From positions 6,961 to 70,960 of the forward strand of contig SCRI01000080.1 of assembly GCA_004298675.1 (NCBI GenBank): a stretch of 64,000 bases of DNA. Reading direction: 5' to 3'. The DNA is from a bacterium (GTDB lineage Bacteria > Vulcanimicrobiota > Vulcanimicrobiia > Vulcanimicrobiales > SCRA01). Below are positions 53,408-63,066 of the stretch, in pieces. The notes under the pieces are model-generated. The model made no database searches, was not told the DNA's origin, and worked only from the letters and a program-made list of their open reading frames with translations. Position 1 is the stretch's first letter. Each line of letters begins with the position of its first letter. A program made the translations under genes and the position numbers.

Positions 53408-53460
53408 AGAGATTGAACGAGGCCGCGCTTTAGCCCCGCACACGCGTTAGGAGTCACAGA

Positions 53461-54954
53461 GTGTCACGAGTCTCCGCCCTTCGCTGGCCGCTCATCGCGG
53501 TGGCGTTCGCATTGGTACCGCTTGCCGCATCCGCCAAGGGAGCGGCACCGGCCCCGGCGCCGTCCGCCAGCGTATCCGCGGTGCCGGTGCCCGTGGCTAC
53601 TCCCGAGCCCCCCGACGTCGCGATACCGAAGCTACAGGCGGCTCTCAAGAAGGATCCCAACGATCGCGACGCCCTGCTGAAGTGGGCGCAGTACATGTAC
53701 ATCGTCAAGCGCCCCGACCAGACCGTCGCCGCCACGCAGAAGCTCGAGCAGTTGGGCGTGAAGACGGCGGAGGTGTATTACTACCAGGGCGTCGCCTATA
53801 GCGATCTCGGCGACGAGAAGGACGCCGCCGCTGCGCTGCAGCATGCGGCCGATCTGGCGCCGACCAATGCCGGCGTCTTGGTGCGGCTGGCGGATCTCCT
53901 GCTCAAGGAGAATCGCGGCGCCGACGCCGAGCGCGTGGCTCAGCGCGCGATCACCTTCAACAAGAACGACGCCTCGGCGTATGATACGCTGGGCATGGTG
54001 TACGCCGCCGAGAAAAAGTACGACGACGCGCGTAAGCAGTTCGAGATCGCCGGCAAGATGGATCCCAAGGATCCCTCGTCGCTGATGCTCGAGGCGCAGA
54101 CCTACCTCGATCAGAAGACGCCGCAGTACGCGATCGACATCTACAACCGCATCCTGGCCGGCAACAAGGACAGCCGCGATGCGATCTACGGTAAGGCACA
54201 CGCGTACGCGCAGGCGGGGCAAGTCTCCGACGCGGTGAAGCAGTACGACGAGTTGCTCAAGCTCGATCCGAAGAACGTGCAGATCGAGCTCGAGGTGGCG
54301 AGCCTCTACGCGTCGCACCAGCAGGACGCCGATGCGCAGCGGGCTTTCCAGCGGACGGTCGACGACCATCAAGGCCAGAGCCTGCCGCTCATCACCTACG
54401 GTCAATATTGGTATGGGAAGAAGCAGCCCGACAAGGCCGTTGCGCTCTGGAAGCAGGCTCTGGGCGCCAAGGGTAACGATCCCGATGCGCTCAACGTGCT
54501 GGCGCAGTATTCGATGTCGGCCGGGAAGTACGCCGACGCCTCCAGCTACCTCAGCAAGTTGATCGCGGCGCTCGGGCCGCAGGGCGCGACGCCCGACCTC
54601 TACCTGGGCTTGGGCCAGGCCTACATGGCTCAGAACCAGGCGCAGCAGGCGCACGACGCGTTCCGCAAGGCTTACGATATGCACGCCGATCCGGTCACCG
54701 CCATGTCGCTGGCACAAGCCGATTTGCGCGTGAAGAACTACAAGGAGGCGGCCGATCTCGCGGAGACCGTGAAGAAGAAGGCCGCGGGGTTCGCCAAGCA
54801 GCAGCCGCTGGTGTATCTCGTCGCGGCACAGGCGTATGAGGGTCTGCACCAGACGGCGGCGGCGAAGGAGAACTACCAGAAGCTGCTCTCGTATGCTCCC
54901 AAGAATAGTGAACTGGCCAAACAGGCGACGGACGCGATCAAGCGCCTGCATTAG
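53461..54954 (+). CDS. secreted tetratricopeptide-repeat (TPR) protein
   Basis: 497 aa with a signal peptide (…LVPLAASAKG). Many 34-residue A/Y/L-patterned repeats (…YYQGVAYSDLGDEKDAAAALQHAADLAPTN…). Confidence 0.85.
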   Translation: MSRVSALRWPLIAVAFALVPLAASAKGAAPAPAPSASVSAVPVPVATPEPPDVAIPKLQAALKKDPNDRDALLKWAQYMYIVKRPDQTVAATQKLEQLGVKTAEVYYYQGVAYSDLGDEKDAAAALQHAADLAPTNAGVLVRLADLLLKENRGADAERVAQRAITFNKNDASAYDTLGMVYAAEKKYDDARKQFEIAGKMDPKDPSSLMLEAQTYLDQKTPQYAIDIYNRILAGNKDSRDAIYGKAHAYAQAGQVSDAVKQYDELLKLDPKNVQIELEVASLYASHQQDADAQRAFQRTVDDHQGQSLPLITYGQYWYGKKQPDKAVALWKQALGAKGNDPDALNVLAQYSMSAGKYADASSYLSKLIAALGPQGATPDLYLGLGQAYMAQNQAQQAHDAFRKAYDMHADPVTAMSLAQADLRVKNYKEAADLAETVKKKAAGFAKQQPLVYLVAAQAYEGLHQTAAAKENYQKLLSYAPKNSELAKQATDAIKRLH

Positions 54955-54978
54955 CAGACGGCTGACGCTGCGTCCGGC

Positions 54979-55983
54979 GTGAAGATCGTCTACGATCCGC
55001 TGTACGAGGAGCATCTGCGCGGTGTGGGTCACCCTGAGGGACCCGACCGCGTCGAGGCTGTGGTGGCGCATCTGCGCGAGCGCGGGCTCTTCGACGCCAT
55101 GGCACCCCACGACGCCAGCGAGGCCTCGATCCTGCGCGTGCATACGCGCGGCTATCTCGAACGCGCCAAGCGCGAAGTGGCCGCCGTCGTGCCGGGTACG
55201 GTGCGGGAGCTCTCAACGGGTGACACGATGGTGGACGAGCGTTCGTACGCCGCGGCGCTGCGCGCCGCCGGCGGGGCGTTGGCCGCCGTCGAACACGCCG
55301 CGGCCGGCCATGGCGCCGCATTTGCCTTGGTGCGTCCACCCGGCCACCACGCCGAGCCCGCGCGCGGCATGGGATTCTGCATGTTCAACAACGCCGCGGT
55401 CGCGGCGCGCGCCTTCGTGGAAGAGACGGGCCAGCGCGTGCTGATCGTCGACTTCGACTACCACCACGGTAACGGAACGCAGGCGGTGGTGGGTGACCGT
55501 CTCTCCTACGTCAGCACGCACGCGCATCCGGCCTATCCCGATACCGGCGACGCCGGCCTCTTCCGCACCTTCGGCGGCGATCTGGACGCAAGCGTTCCGA
55601 TCCATCCCAGCGGCATCTCGACGGAGGCGTTCATCGCTATCTGGCGCGCGCTGCTGAACCAGGCGGTGCGCATCGTCAAGCCGTATGCCATCGTCGTCAG
55701 CGCCGGTTACGACTACTTGCAAGGCGATCCCATCGGCGATCTCGGCGTCTCGATCGAGAGTGCCGATGCGCTGGGGGCGCTCTTACGTGAGGCGGCCGAG
55801 CGTTGCGGTGCTTCGGTCGCGTTCTGTTTGGAGGGCGGTTACCATCTGGAAAACTTGGCGCACGGCGTGGCGCGGACGGTAACCGCTTTCGATGCCGCCG
55901 CCGCGCCTCCGGATACCGATCTCGGTGCGGCGCCGCCGCCGATCCGGCGGCAGTTGGAGGAGTTGGCGGCATGGGCCGGCTGA
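54979..55983 (+). CDS. histone-deacetylase-family amidohydrolase (AcuC/Hda-like)
   Basis: 334 aa. RPPGHHA, DFDYHHGNGTQ and GYDYLQGDP zinc/catalytic motifs. Confidence 0.9.
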   Translation: MKIVYDPLYEEHLRGVGHPEGPDRVEAVVAHLRERGLFDAMAPHDASEASILRVHTRGYLERAKREVAAVVPGTVRELSTGDTMVDERSYAAALRAAGGALAAVEHAAAGHGAAFALVRPPGHHAEPARGMGFCMFNNAAVAARAFVEETGQRVLIVDFDYHHGNGTQAVVGDRLSYVSTHAHPAYPDTGDAGLFRTFGGDLDASVPIHPSGISTEAFIAIWRALLNQAVRIVKPYAIVVSAGYDYLQGDPIGDLGVSIESADALGALLREAAERCGASVAFCLEGGYHLENLAHGVARTVTAFDAAAAPPDTDLGAAPPPIRRQLEELAAWAG

Positions 55984-56420
55984 GAGCACGCTATGCCGTC
56001 TTCGTGCTGCGTGTAGCCATTGGGCTGGTGCTCGTCGTTGCCGGAGCGCTGAAGGCCCCCAACCCCAATGCCTTCGCCTCGACCATTGCCGGCTTCGACC
56101 TCGTGCCGGCGGCGGTGGCGGGGCCGCTGGCCGTCTTCGTGCCGTGGTTTGAGATCTTGCTGGGCGGATATCTCGTCGCCGGCTATCTCACGCGCGCCGC
56201 GGCGTGGGTGGCGTGCGCCGAGTTCGTGCTTTTTGCGGGGGCGATCGCCTCCGTGGTCGTGCGAGGAATCCACATCTCGTGTGGCTGTTTCGGTCAAGCC
56301 GATGCCGCCCCCGCGTCGTGGGTGGATGTTGCGCGAGACGCGGCCTTGGCCGCGGCCGCGCTGTTCGTAGCGTTGCGCGCGCCAGGCGCGCTAGCCGTGG
56401 ACGGAAGGGAGACGGGATGA
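55971..56420 (+). CDS. MauE/DoxX-family membrane protein
   Basis: Start at internal ATG 55971, 149 aa, 4 TM helices, SCGCFG motif typical of MauE. ATGA overlap with the downstream redoxin. Confidence 0.75.
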   Translation: MGRLRARYAVFVLRVAIGLVLVVAGALKAPNPNAFASTIAGFDLVPAAVAGPLAVFVPWFEILLGGYLVAGYLTRAAAWVACAEFVLFAGAIASVVVRGIHISCGCFGQADAAPASWVDVARDAALAAAALFVALRAPGALAVDGRETG

Positions 56421-57007
56421 GTCCGAAGCGCCAGGCACCGCGCCGGGGGAACGGTCCGCTTGTGACCTTCGTGATCTTGGCGATCTTGGCGGTGGTCGCC
56501 GTCGCCTATTGGCGATTGCACGGATCGCAGGCGGCCGTGACGCCCGTGAAGGCGCCCACCAAGTTGCTCGCGGTAGGTGACGCAGCGCCGCCGTTTGATA
56601 TTCGCACGGCTACGGGCGAGGTACGCTCCAGCCAGTTCGCCGGCAAGACGTGGCTGGTCGAAGTCTTCGCCGTCTGGTGTCCGCACTGTCAGAATGAGGC
56701 TGCCACGCTCACCGCGCTGGACAAGAAGTACGGCGCTAAACTGGCGGTGATCGGCATCGTCGGCAGCCCGTATGGATTCGACGAATCGACGCCCATCAGC
56801 GCGGGCGACGTGACGAAGTTCGCCTCTGATTTTGGTGCCGGGTATCCGCTGGGCTTCGATCTGACGGGCGCCAACCCTAATCCCTATCTGCGGGAAGGGT
56901 ATCCCAGCCTCACGCTCGTTGCCCCCGACGGTAAGGTGGCGTGGGTGGGGTCGGGAGAGGTTGAGGCGGGGGCACTCGAGACGCGCATCAACGCCGTGGT
57001 GAAGTAG
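56417..57007 (+). CDS. membrane-anchored TlpA-like thiol-disulfide oxidoreductase
   Basis: ATG at 56417, 196 aa. N-terminal TM anchor, then AAPPFDIRTATGEVRSSQFAGKTWLVEVFAVWCPHCQNE (WCPHC active site). Confidence 0.85.
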   Translation: MSPKRQAPRRGNGPLVTFVILAILAVVAVAYWRLHGSQAAVTPVKAPTKLLAVGDAAPPFDIRTATGEVRSSQFAGKTWLVEVFAVWCPHCQNEAATLTALDKKYGAKLAVIGIVGSPYGFDESTPISAGDVTKFASDFGAGYPLGFDLTGANPNPYLREGYPSLTLVAPDGKVAWVGSGEVEAGALETRINAVVK

Positions 57008-57431
57008 AGCCGGCGACGCGCTTGGCGCACGCGGAGCAGCGGCCGTAGAGCTCGATGGCGTGGTCTTCGAGCTCGAAGCCTTGTCCTGCGCGCAGATCGC
57101 GTGCGAAACGCTCCAGCGGTCCGCAGCCCACCTCCTCCACTCGCCCGCAACTGCGGCAGACGGCGTGGTGGTGATGTTGCAGCGTGCAGAAGACGTACGA
57201 GAGCTCGCCGCTCTCGGCGCCCCGCGTGGCCGCTACTCCCAAGCCTACCAGCAGCTCCAGCGTGCGATAGACCGTTGAGAGCGAGATCGAAACGCCGTCC
57301 GCGACCAGCAGCTCGTGGATCTCGTGCGCGGTGAGATAGCGGCGTTCCTCGCGCAGCACCTGCACCACACGCTCGCGCGTGCGCGTGGCGTAGCGGCCCT
57401 TGCCATGAAGCCGCTCCGTGATCTCACTCAT
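56988..57431 (-). CDS. Fur-family metalloregulator (probably Zur, by operon context)
   Basis: 147 aa. RVVQVLREERRYLTAHEIHELL...SLSTVYRTLELL winged helix, HHHHAVCRSCG and CSAC metal sites. ATGA overlap with the upstream znuB-like gene. Confidence 0.85.
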   Translation of the reverse strand: MSEITERLHGKGRYATRTRERVVQVLREERRYLTAHEIHELLVADGVSISLSTVYRTLELLVGLGVAATRGAESGELSYVFCTLQHHHHAVCRSCGRVEEVGCGPLERFARDLRAGQGFELEDHAIELYGRCSACAKRVAGSTSPRR

Positions 57432-58258
57432 GCGGCGCGCCTCATGCGCGCCCCGGCCCCGAGCGCGGCGAAGAAGCAGAACGTGGCCAGCAGCACGATG
57501 GTGGCGCCGGAGGCGGCGTTGACGTAGTAGGAGAGATAGAGCCCGCCCACGGCACAGAAGGTTCCGATGCCCGCGGAGACTACCATCATGGTGGGGAGGC
57601 GGCGCGTGATTTGCGCGGCGGCTGCCGCCGGGGTTACCAGCAGCGCCGCTACGAGGATGATGCCCACCGATTCGAGCGAGACGATGATCGTCAGCGCCAA
57701 CAGCACCAGCAGGATATAATCGATCATGGCAGTCGGAATGCCGGATGTCTGCGCGACGACCGGATCGAATGAAGTGTAGAGTAAGTCGCGCCAGAGCACG
57801 ATCAACGCCACCGCCACCACGGCTGCCAGCGCTACGGTCAGCGTGAGATCGAGCTGCGAGACTCCCAAGATATTGCCGAAGAGATAGTCCTGCAGATCGA
57901 CGGCGTAATTCTTCAACTGTGACATCAGAAAGACGCCCAGAGCGAACGCGCCCGTGAAGAGCACGCCGATCGCCGTGTCGAGCGAGACGTTGCCGCGGCG
58001 GACCACGAAGCCGATACCCAGCGCCGTGGCCACCGCCATGATGGCTGCTCCGACGTAGTAATCCATGTGGCGCAGATAGGCGACGACGATGCCCGCGAAC
58101 GAGGCGTGCGCGATGCCGTCGCCGATGAACGATAGCTTACGCACGACGACGTAACAGCCGACCACGCTGCACAGCAAGCCCACCGTGAGCGCGGCGATGA
58201 AGGCGCGCACCATGAAGTCGTAGGCGAAGGGCGCGATCAGCGCGTCGATCAGCCTCAT
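57428..58258 (-). CDS. znuB: metal (Zn/Mn) ABC transporter permease, ZnuB/TroC family
   Basis: Start at internal ATG 58258 (ATGA overlap with the ATPase stop), 276 aa. MRLIDALIAPFAYDFMVRAF...SFIGDGIAHASFAG family pattern. Confidence 0.85.
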   Translation of the reverse strand: MRLIDALIAPFAYDFMVRAFIAALTVGLLCSVVGCYVVVRKLSFIGDGIAHASFAGIVVAYLRHMDYYVGAAIMAVATALGIGFVVRRGNVSLDTAIGVLFTGAFALGVFLMSQLKNYAVDLQDYLFGNILGVSQLDLTLTVALAAVVAVALIVLWRDLLYTSFDPVVAQTSGIPTAMIDYILLVLLALTIIVSLESVGIILVAALLVTPAAAAAQITRRLPTMMVVSAGIGTFCAVGGLYLSYYVNAASGATIVLLATFCFFAALGAGARMRRAA

Positions 58259-59013
58259 GGCTTGGGGTGTCCGTGCGCGTGCGAGTGCGCCAGCCCCGGA
58301 TGTGTGGCCAGCACGTCGCTGGTGGTTCCCTCGAGCACTTGGTGGGTGTCGAGCACCAGCAGACGATCGAACCAATCGCGCGCGCGCTCGAGGTCGTGCG
58401 TGGACATCATGACGGGTTTGCCGTTGCCGGCCAAGGTGCGAACGAGGTGCAGCAGATTCTCCTCCGTGGCGGCATCGACGCCGGTGGTGGGCTCGTCGAG
58501 TAGATAGATAGCCGGTTCCTGCGCCAGCGCGCGCGCCAGGAAGGCACGCTGTTGCTGACCGCCGGAGAGCAAGCCGATCGTGCGGTCGGCCAGATTCAGC
58601 AGTTCAACGGCCTCCAGGGCTTGATCCACCAAGGCCCGGTCCCGCGCGGAGAAACGGCGCAGGCGGCCGATCTTCGGGAAGCGTCCCATCGACACGATGT
58701 CGCGCACCGTCGCGGGGAAATGCCAGTCGACCGCTTCGATCTGCGGCACGTAGGCGACGGAGCCCGGCGCGAGATCCGCCGGCTCGCGGCCGAACACCAG
58801 CAGCGTGCCGGAACTCACGCGCAACAACCCCGCGGTTGCCTTCAAGAGCGTGGACTTGCCCGAGCCGTTGGGTCCGATGACACCGAGCACTTGCCCTGGC
58901 GCGAGGGCGAAGTTCACCTGCGTGAGTCCAACGCGCCCGTCGTCGTACGCGACTTCAAGGTCGCAAGCCGCCACCGCCGCCTCCACCGCCGAGGTCACCA
59001 CCGGAATACTCAT
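58255..59013 (-). CDS. znuC: metal (Zn/Mn) ABC transporter ATP-binding protein
   Basis: 252 aa with Walker A GPNGSGKST, signature LSGGQQQR and Walker B YLLDEPTTGVD. Confidence 0.9.
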   Translation of the reverse strand: MSIPVVTSAVEAAVAACDLEVAYDDGRVGLTQVNFALAPGQVLGVIGPNGSGKSTLLKATAGLLRVSSGTLLVFGREPADLAPGSVAYVPQIEAVDWHFPATVRDIVSMGRFPKIGRLRRFSARDRALVDQALEAVELLNLADRTIGLLSGGQQQRAFLARALAQEPAIYLLDEPTTGVDAATEENLLHLVRTLAGNGKPVMMSTHDLERARDWFDRLLVLDTHQVLEGTTSDVLATHPGLAHSHAHGHPKP

Positions 59014-59894
59014 GCGTGCGAGCCGTCGCCGCCGCCGAGCGCTTTGACGATCGTCACGGTATCGTAGCGCATCATCGATACGTAGTCGGCTACCTCCGGC
59101 CGCTCGCCCACGGAGTCGTCATACAGGTTCTCAACGGTGCGGATGCCGGCCGAGCGCGCCAACTGCTGCACGAGCTTCGGCGAGAACTGTGGTTCGGCGA
59201 AGACGGCGCGTACGTGGTGGCGTTTGGCCAGGTCCACCAAATTCGCCAGTTCGTAGGCGCTGGGCTCTTGCCCGGGATTGCGCTCCACGACGCCGACGAG
59301 CTGGATGCCGTAACGCTTCGCGTAGTAGTACCACGCGTTGTGAAAGACGATCATCGTGCGCCGGTCCGGCGGGATCGTGGCGATCTGCATGCGGATCCAG
59401 CGATCCAGCTGGTCGAGGCGGCGGCCGTAGCGCTGCGACGCCTCGGCATAGTCGCGCGCGTCGGCGGGATCGGCCAGAGCCGCAGCGGCCGCGATCTTCT
59501 CCACGTAGATCTTGGCATACGCGGGGTCCATCCAAAGATGGGGGTTCTGCTGCTCCACGGGCAGACCGGCAGTGCAGACGATGACGCGCAGTTCGGGGTT
59601 CTTGGCCCCGTCGATCGTGTCGCGTAGCCACGTCTCCAGGCCCGCGCCGTTCTCTACCAGCAGCCGCGCGCCGTGCAGCGTCGCGACGTCACGCGGGCGC
59701 GGCTGGAACTCCTCGACGGAGGCGCCGACCGGTACGAGGCTGGTCACCGCGAGGTGCGGGGAGACCACCGCGGAGGTAAGCGAGGCAAGCGTCGACATCG
59801 TCGCCACGGCACCGCCCGTGGCGGGGGCGCCTCCGCTCGTACAAGCCGGGAGAGCCAACGAGAGCAGTGCGGCGGAGAAGAGGAAACGGCGCAT
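59010..59894 (-). CDS. znuA: metal (Zn/Mn) ABC transporter substrate-binding lipoprotein, ZnuA/TroA cluster-9 family
   Basis: Start at internal ATG 59894. MRRFLFSAALLSLALPACTSG lipoprotein signal, then ...NPHLWMDP...FHNAWYYYAKRYG...EPQFSPKL family motifs. The Arg-rich upstream ORF extension is rejected. Confidence 0.85.
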   Translation of the reverse strand: MRRFLFSAALLSLALPACTSGGAPATGGAVATMSTLASLTSAVVSPHLAVTSLVPVGASVEEFQPRPRDVATLHGARLLVENGAGLETWLRDTIDGAKNPELRVIVCTAGLPVEQQNPHLWMDPAYAKIYVEKIAAAAALADPADARDYAEASQRYGRRLDQLDRWIRMQIATIPPDRRTMIVFHNAWYYYAKRYGIQLVGVVERNPGQEPSAYELANLVDLAKRHHVRAVFAEPQFSPKLVQQLARSAGIRTVENLYDDSVGERPEVADYVSMMRYDTVTIVKALGGGDGSHA

Positions 59895-59895
59895 G

Positions 59896-59918
59896 AAATT
59901 GCGATTCTTCGTCAAATT
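59896..59918 (-). promoter_or_regulatory. AT-rich imperfect inverted repeat abutting the znuA start (candidate Zur/Fur box)
   Basis: The plus strand reads AAATTGCGATTCTTCGTCAAATT. The arms AAATTG-CGA and TCGTCAAATT are near-complementary. It is unusually AT-rich for this window and sits 2 nt upstream of the start codon. Confidence 0.35.
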
Positions 59919-59938
59919 CGTGCGACCTGCTCCAGATC

Positions 59939-60763
59939 CTAAAGGCCGCCGCCGGACTCCTCCTCGTTCTCGATCTCGGGCGCGGCGGGTCCGGCCATGC
60001 GCTGGAGCTCGTCGACGGTCACAAAACGGTAGCCTTGCGCCTGCAGCGCCGGCACGATGAGCTTCACGGCCTCGACCGATTGGCTGCGGTCGCAGGCCGC
60101 GTGCGTCATGCGGGGGAGCACGCCGCAGGCACCCTTGTTGCCGTCGTGCAGTACCATGATGGCGCCGGGTTTGATCTTCTTGAGGATGCGCGCGGCGATG
60201 ATTCGCGCTGGCGGGCGATTCCAATCACCCGCGAGCGGAACGCTCCAGAGCACGGTTCGCATCCCGAGCGCGCCGGCGAGCGAGACGATCTCGGGGTCGC
60301 GCCCGCCGAAGGGCGGCCGGAAGAGCGTCGGTGCCGCCCCGGTGGCGGCGCGGATGGCCAGGGAGGTACGGCGCAGTTCCAGACGCTGATGGGAGGGACG
60401 CTCGAGCAGCAGGTGCGCGTGGTCCCAGGTGTGGTTGCCGATCTGGTCACCGGCCTGGGCCGCCTCTTGCACGACCTCGGGATAGCGTGCGGCGGCGCGC
60501 CCCACCACGAAGAAGGTTGCGACGGCGTCGTGCGCTTTGAGCCAGCGCACGATCTCCGTCGTATACGGTGGGTTGGGCCCGTCATCGAAGGTGAGGGCCA
60601 CCACGCGCTGTGTCGCCGGCTCACTGGTCAGCGTGCGCCCGAAGATGCCGAACTTGGGGTTCTCCGACGCCAGCCAGAAGCCGTAGAGGAAGATGGTCAG
60701 GACTATCGCCACCAGCACGGCTTGCAGAGCGGCGTAGCGGCGTTGCGTGCGCACGACAGGCAT
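59939..60763 (-). CDS. polysaccharide deacetylase (NodB-homology, PgdA/CDA1-like), membrane-anchored
   Basis: 274 aa. N-terminal TM helix, VALTFDDGPNPPYT, GNHTWDH, TLFRPPFG and ILVLHD-type motif (IMVLHDGN). Confidence 0.9.
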   Translation of the reverse strand: MPVVRTQRRYAALQAVLVAIVLTIFLYGFWLASENPKFGIFGRTLTSEPATQRVVALTFDDGPNPPYTTEIVRWLKAHDAVATFFVVGRAAARYPEVVQEAAQAGDQIGNHTWDHAHLLLERPSHQRLELRRTSLAIRAATGAAPTLFRPPFGGRDPEIVSLAGALGMRTVLWSVPLAGDWNRPPARIIAARILKKIKPGAIMVLHDGNKGACGVLPRMTHAACDRSQSVEAVKLIVPALQAQGYRFVTVDELQRMAGPAAPEIENEEESGGGL

Positions 60764-60796
60764 TGGTACGCCTTCGTGCGGCGCACCCCTTGTTCG

Positions 60797-61852
60797 CTAC
60801 GGTGCCACCGAGGTGGCGATGCGCTCGAGCTCGCGCAACGGCAGATCGCCCACGAGGGTGAAGTTGAGCGACTGCTCGCGCCAGGCTAAGAGCAGGTTGG
60901 GCTCATCCTCGACGTAGGTTGCGTCGTGACCCCCCACGCGCGCCTCGTGTGTCTGCATGCCGCTGAAGTTGGCACCGCCGTTGCGGGCGACGTTTTCGAA
61001 GAGCGAGAGGCTGCGCAGGCCGTCGGTGTAGAGCAGATGCAGGCTGCGCACGCCGCGGATCGTCGTGACGTCGCCGCTGACCAGGGCGAAGCCCTCGGGA
61101 AGATAGCGCGGGCCGGTGGCGGAGAAATCGGCTTGGCTCAGTACGCGCTCCAAGTCGTGTGATGGCGTGCCGAAGTCCCTACCCTGCTTGACGGTAAAAC
61201 CCTCCGGCGTCGCCGTGGAGAAGAGCGCCTGCGGCACGTCGCGGTAGGTGATCTCCTGGTACCGGGAGGTGTAGGCCACCGATCCGTTAGCGTGGTAGCG
61301 TTCTTTGGCCAGTAGGAGCGACGTCTGCGCGTCGATCCAGATGCGCTGCAGACGCACGCCGCTGTAGCGGTTGATCAACGAGAGCGTGTGCGCCTTGCGC
61401 CCCGCGATCTCGTCGTCGGCCCCGGGGACGGCACGGTAGTTCGTGGTGAGCAGGCCGAAGTTGGCATCCTCGGTGAGGTCGTCTTCGTCGGCGCTGGGGT
61501 AGTGGGAGATCGTGACGCTCTGTGCGCGCAGGTCGTAGACATACGAGGTCGTGCCGTGCTCGATGACATAGTTGCCGTAGACGCTCGACGGTGCGATGTA
61601 CCATTTACGGGTTGCGTTGGGCGCGCGGTGGTCGATCTCGATTTCGACGGCTTGCGTTCCGCTGGAGCCCCAGGCGATCGTCGAGAGGCGTCCCATGTAG
61701 GAGACTTTGCGCGGCGCCTGCATGGCTTGAACGAGCGTTCGCGCCGCGGCCGGATCGCTTGCCGGCTCGACGAATGGGACGGCGCGTGGGGGGGCCGTGG
61801 CTGCCGCCGCCAGCGCCAACGTCAGGAGCGCCAGCGCGCGCGCGATCGCCAC
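60797..61852 (-). CDS. MucB/RseB-like (LolA-fold) regulator of the adjacent sigma/anti-sigma pair
   Basis: GTG at 61852, 5 nt after the anti-sigma stop, 351 aa. Signal-like VAIARALALLTLALAAAA. The size, position and two-domain pattern are consistent with RseB/MucB. The upstream part of ORF 60797..62212 overlaps the anti-sigma gene. Confidence 0.65.
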   Translation of the reverse strand: MAIARALALLTLALAAAATAPPRAVPFVEPASDPAAARTLVQAMQAPRKVSYMGRLSTIAWGSSGTQAVEIEIDHRAPNATRKWYIAPSSVYGNYVIEHGTTSYVYDLRAQSVTISHYPSADEDDLTEDANFGLLTTNYRAVPGADDEIAGRKAHTLSLINRYSGVRLQRIWIDAQTSLLLAKERYHANGSVAYTSRYQEITYRDVPQALFSTATPEGFTVKQGRDFGTPSHDLERVLSQADFSATGPRYLPEGFALVSGDVTTIRGVRSLHLLYTDGLRSLSLFENVARNGGANFSGMQTHEARVGGHDATYVEDEPNLLLAWREQSLNFTLVGDLPLRELERIATSVAP

Positions 61853-61856
61853 GCCG

Positions 61857-62405
61857 CTAATTCGTCGCCGGGCCGGCGCCTGGGGCCATGAGTCCCAGGT
61901 AGGCTTCGGTGGGCGCGGTCCAAGCGGCGTCGAGGTGTTGATGCCGGTCCGCGGGTGCAAACGCCAGCGGTGCGTTGCGCTCACCGTCCGGAATGCTGAG
62001 CATCTGGGCGTCGTGGGCTTCGAAGTAGTAGGCAGCATCGATCGCCGGGGCACCGGAGGTGATGCCGCGCAGATCGTTGCCGCCGAACCACAACGCCAAG
62101 GCCACGGCGGCCGCCGCCGGCAGCGCCCACACCAGGCGGGCTGAGGAAAACCACGCACGCAGACTCCCCGCCGTACCCTCCCGGGCGGCGGCTTGGCGGA
62201 TGCGCGCCACAACGCTGCCTGGCAAGTTCAACTGCTCGCTGCGGGCCGCCGCGCGCAGAGCCTCGCCCAGCTCGACCTCGGCCTGGTAGGCTGCGCGGCA
62301 ATCCGCGCAGGAGGAGAGGTGCGAGAAGATTGCGGCATCCGCGGAGGCGTCGAGGGCCCCGTGCAGGTAGTCGACCAGTGTTTCGGTATCGTAGTGGCTG
62401 TCCAT
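61857..62405 (-). CDS. anti-sigma factor (zf-HC2 type, single TM)
   Basis: 182 aa. N-terminal HLSSCADCRAAY (H-x3-C-x2-C), a central TM helix (LVWALPAAAAVALALWF) and an extracytoplasmic domain. Confidence 0.8.
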   Translation of the reverse strand: MDSHYDTETLVDYLHGALDASADAAIFSHLSSCADCRAAYQAEVELGEALRAAARSEQLNLPGSVVARIRQAAAREGTAGSLRAWFSSARLVWALPAAAAVALALWFGGNDLRGITSGAPAIDAAYYFEAHDAQMLSIPDGERNAPLAFAPADRHQHLDAAWTAPTEAYLGLMAPGAGPATN

Positions 62406-62419
62406 GTCGGTCTTTCCGG

Positions 62420-62995
62420 TTATCGGTTCTCGCTGTGCCGGGCTTTCAGCATCAGCCGTTTCAATTGGTTACGGGCGCGGTGCAGACGCGAGCGCACGGT
62501 GCCGATCGAGCAACCCACGATCTGGGCGATCTCCTGATAGCTCAACTCCTCGATGTCGGCCAGGATCAGTACGTGGCGCTGGTCGGGCGAAAGTTGCGCC
62601 AGTGCCACCGAGAGCGGTTCGCCCAGCTGCGTCTCCATGTAGCTCTCGATCGGATCGATCGCCAGAGGCTTGGCGCCGCCGTACTCCTGCGGAGCGTTGT
62701 CCTCCGGCAGCTCTTGATGGAAGACGCCCTTGCGCCGGCGCAGTTCGTCGCGGTAGAGGTTGGTGATAATGCGATAGATCCACGAGAGAAACGACGTTCC
62801 GGGTTGAAACGACCTCCAGGCGCGGAAGACGCGAATGAAGGCGTCCTGCGTAAGATCGCTGGCGTCGGGCTCGTTTCCCGTGAGGCGATAGGCAAAGCTG
62901 TAGGCGGCACGCCCGTAGTCGGTCATCGCCTTTTCGAGAAACTCCCGCTGCTCTGGCGTGGCCGGCTCGAGCGGCTTACGCGGTCGAGTCGCCAC
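62420..62995 (-). CDS. ECF-type RNA polymerase sigma-70 factor
   Basis: 191 aa, GTG start. Region 2 ASDLTQDAFIRVFRAWRSF...SWIYRIITNLYRDELRRR and region 4 LSYQEIAQIVGCSIGTVRSRLHRAR. Confidence 0.9.
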   Translation of the reverse strand: MATRPRKPLEPATPEQREFLEKAMTDYGRAAYSFAYRLTGNEPDASDLTQDAFIRVFRAWRSFQPGTSFLSWIYRIITNLYRDELRRRKGVFHQELPEDNAPQEYGGAKPLAIDPIESYMETQLGEPLSVALAQLSPDQRHVLILADIEELSYQEIAQIVGCSIGTVRSRLHRARNQLKRLMLKARHSENR

Positions 62996-63037
62996 TAGCG
63001 CGGCGGTGCCTCCGTCTGCGTTCCTCCGTCATCTGTG

Positions 63038-63066
63038 TATACGAATCTTCGCATGGCAATGGTTCC
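63038..63066 (-). promoter_or_regulatory. candidate ECF-type promoter upstream of the sigma factor gene
   Basis: On the minus strand, GGAACC (63066-63061) is followed 17 nt later by CGTATA (63043-63038). AAC to CGT is 18 nt, slightly longer than the 16-17 nt I expect for ECF promoters. Confidence 0.3.
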
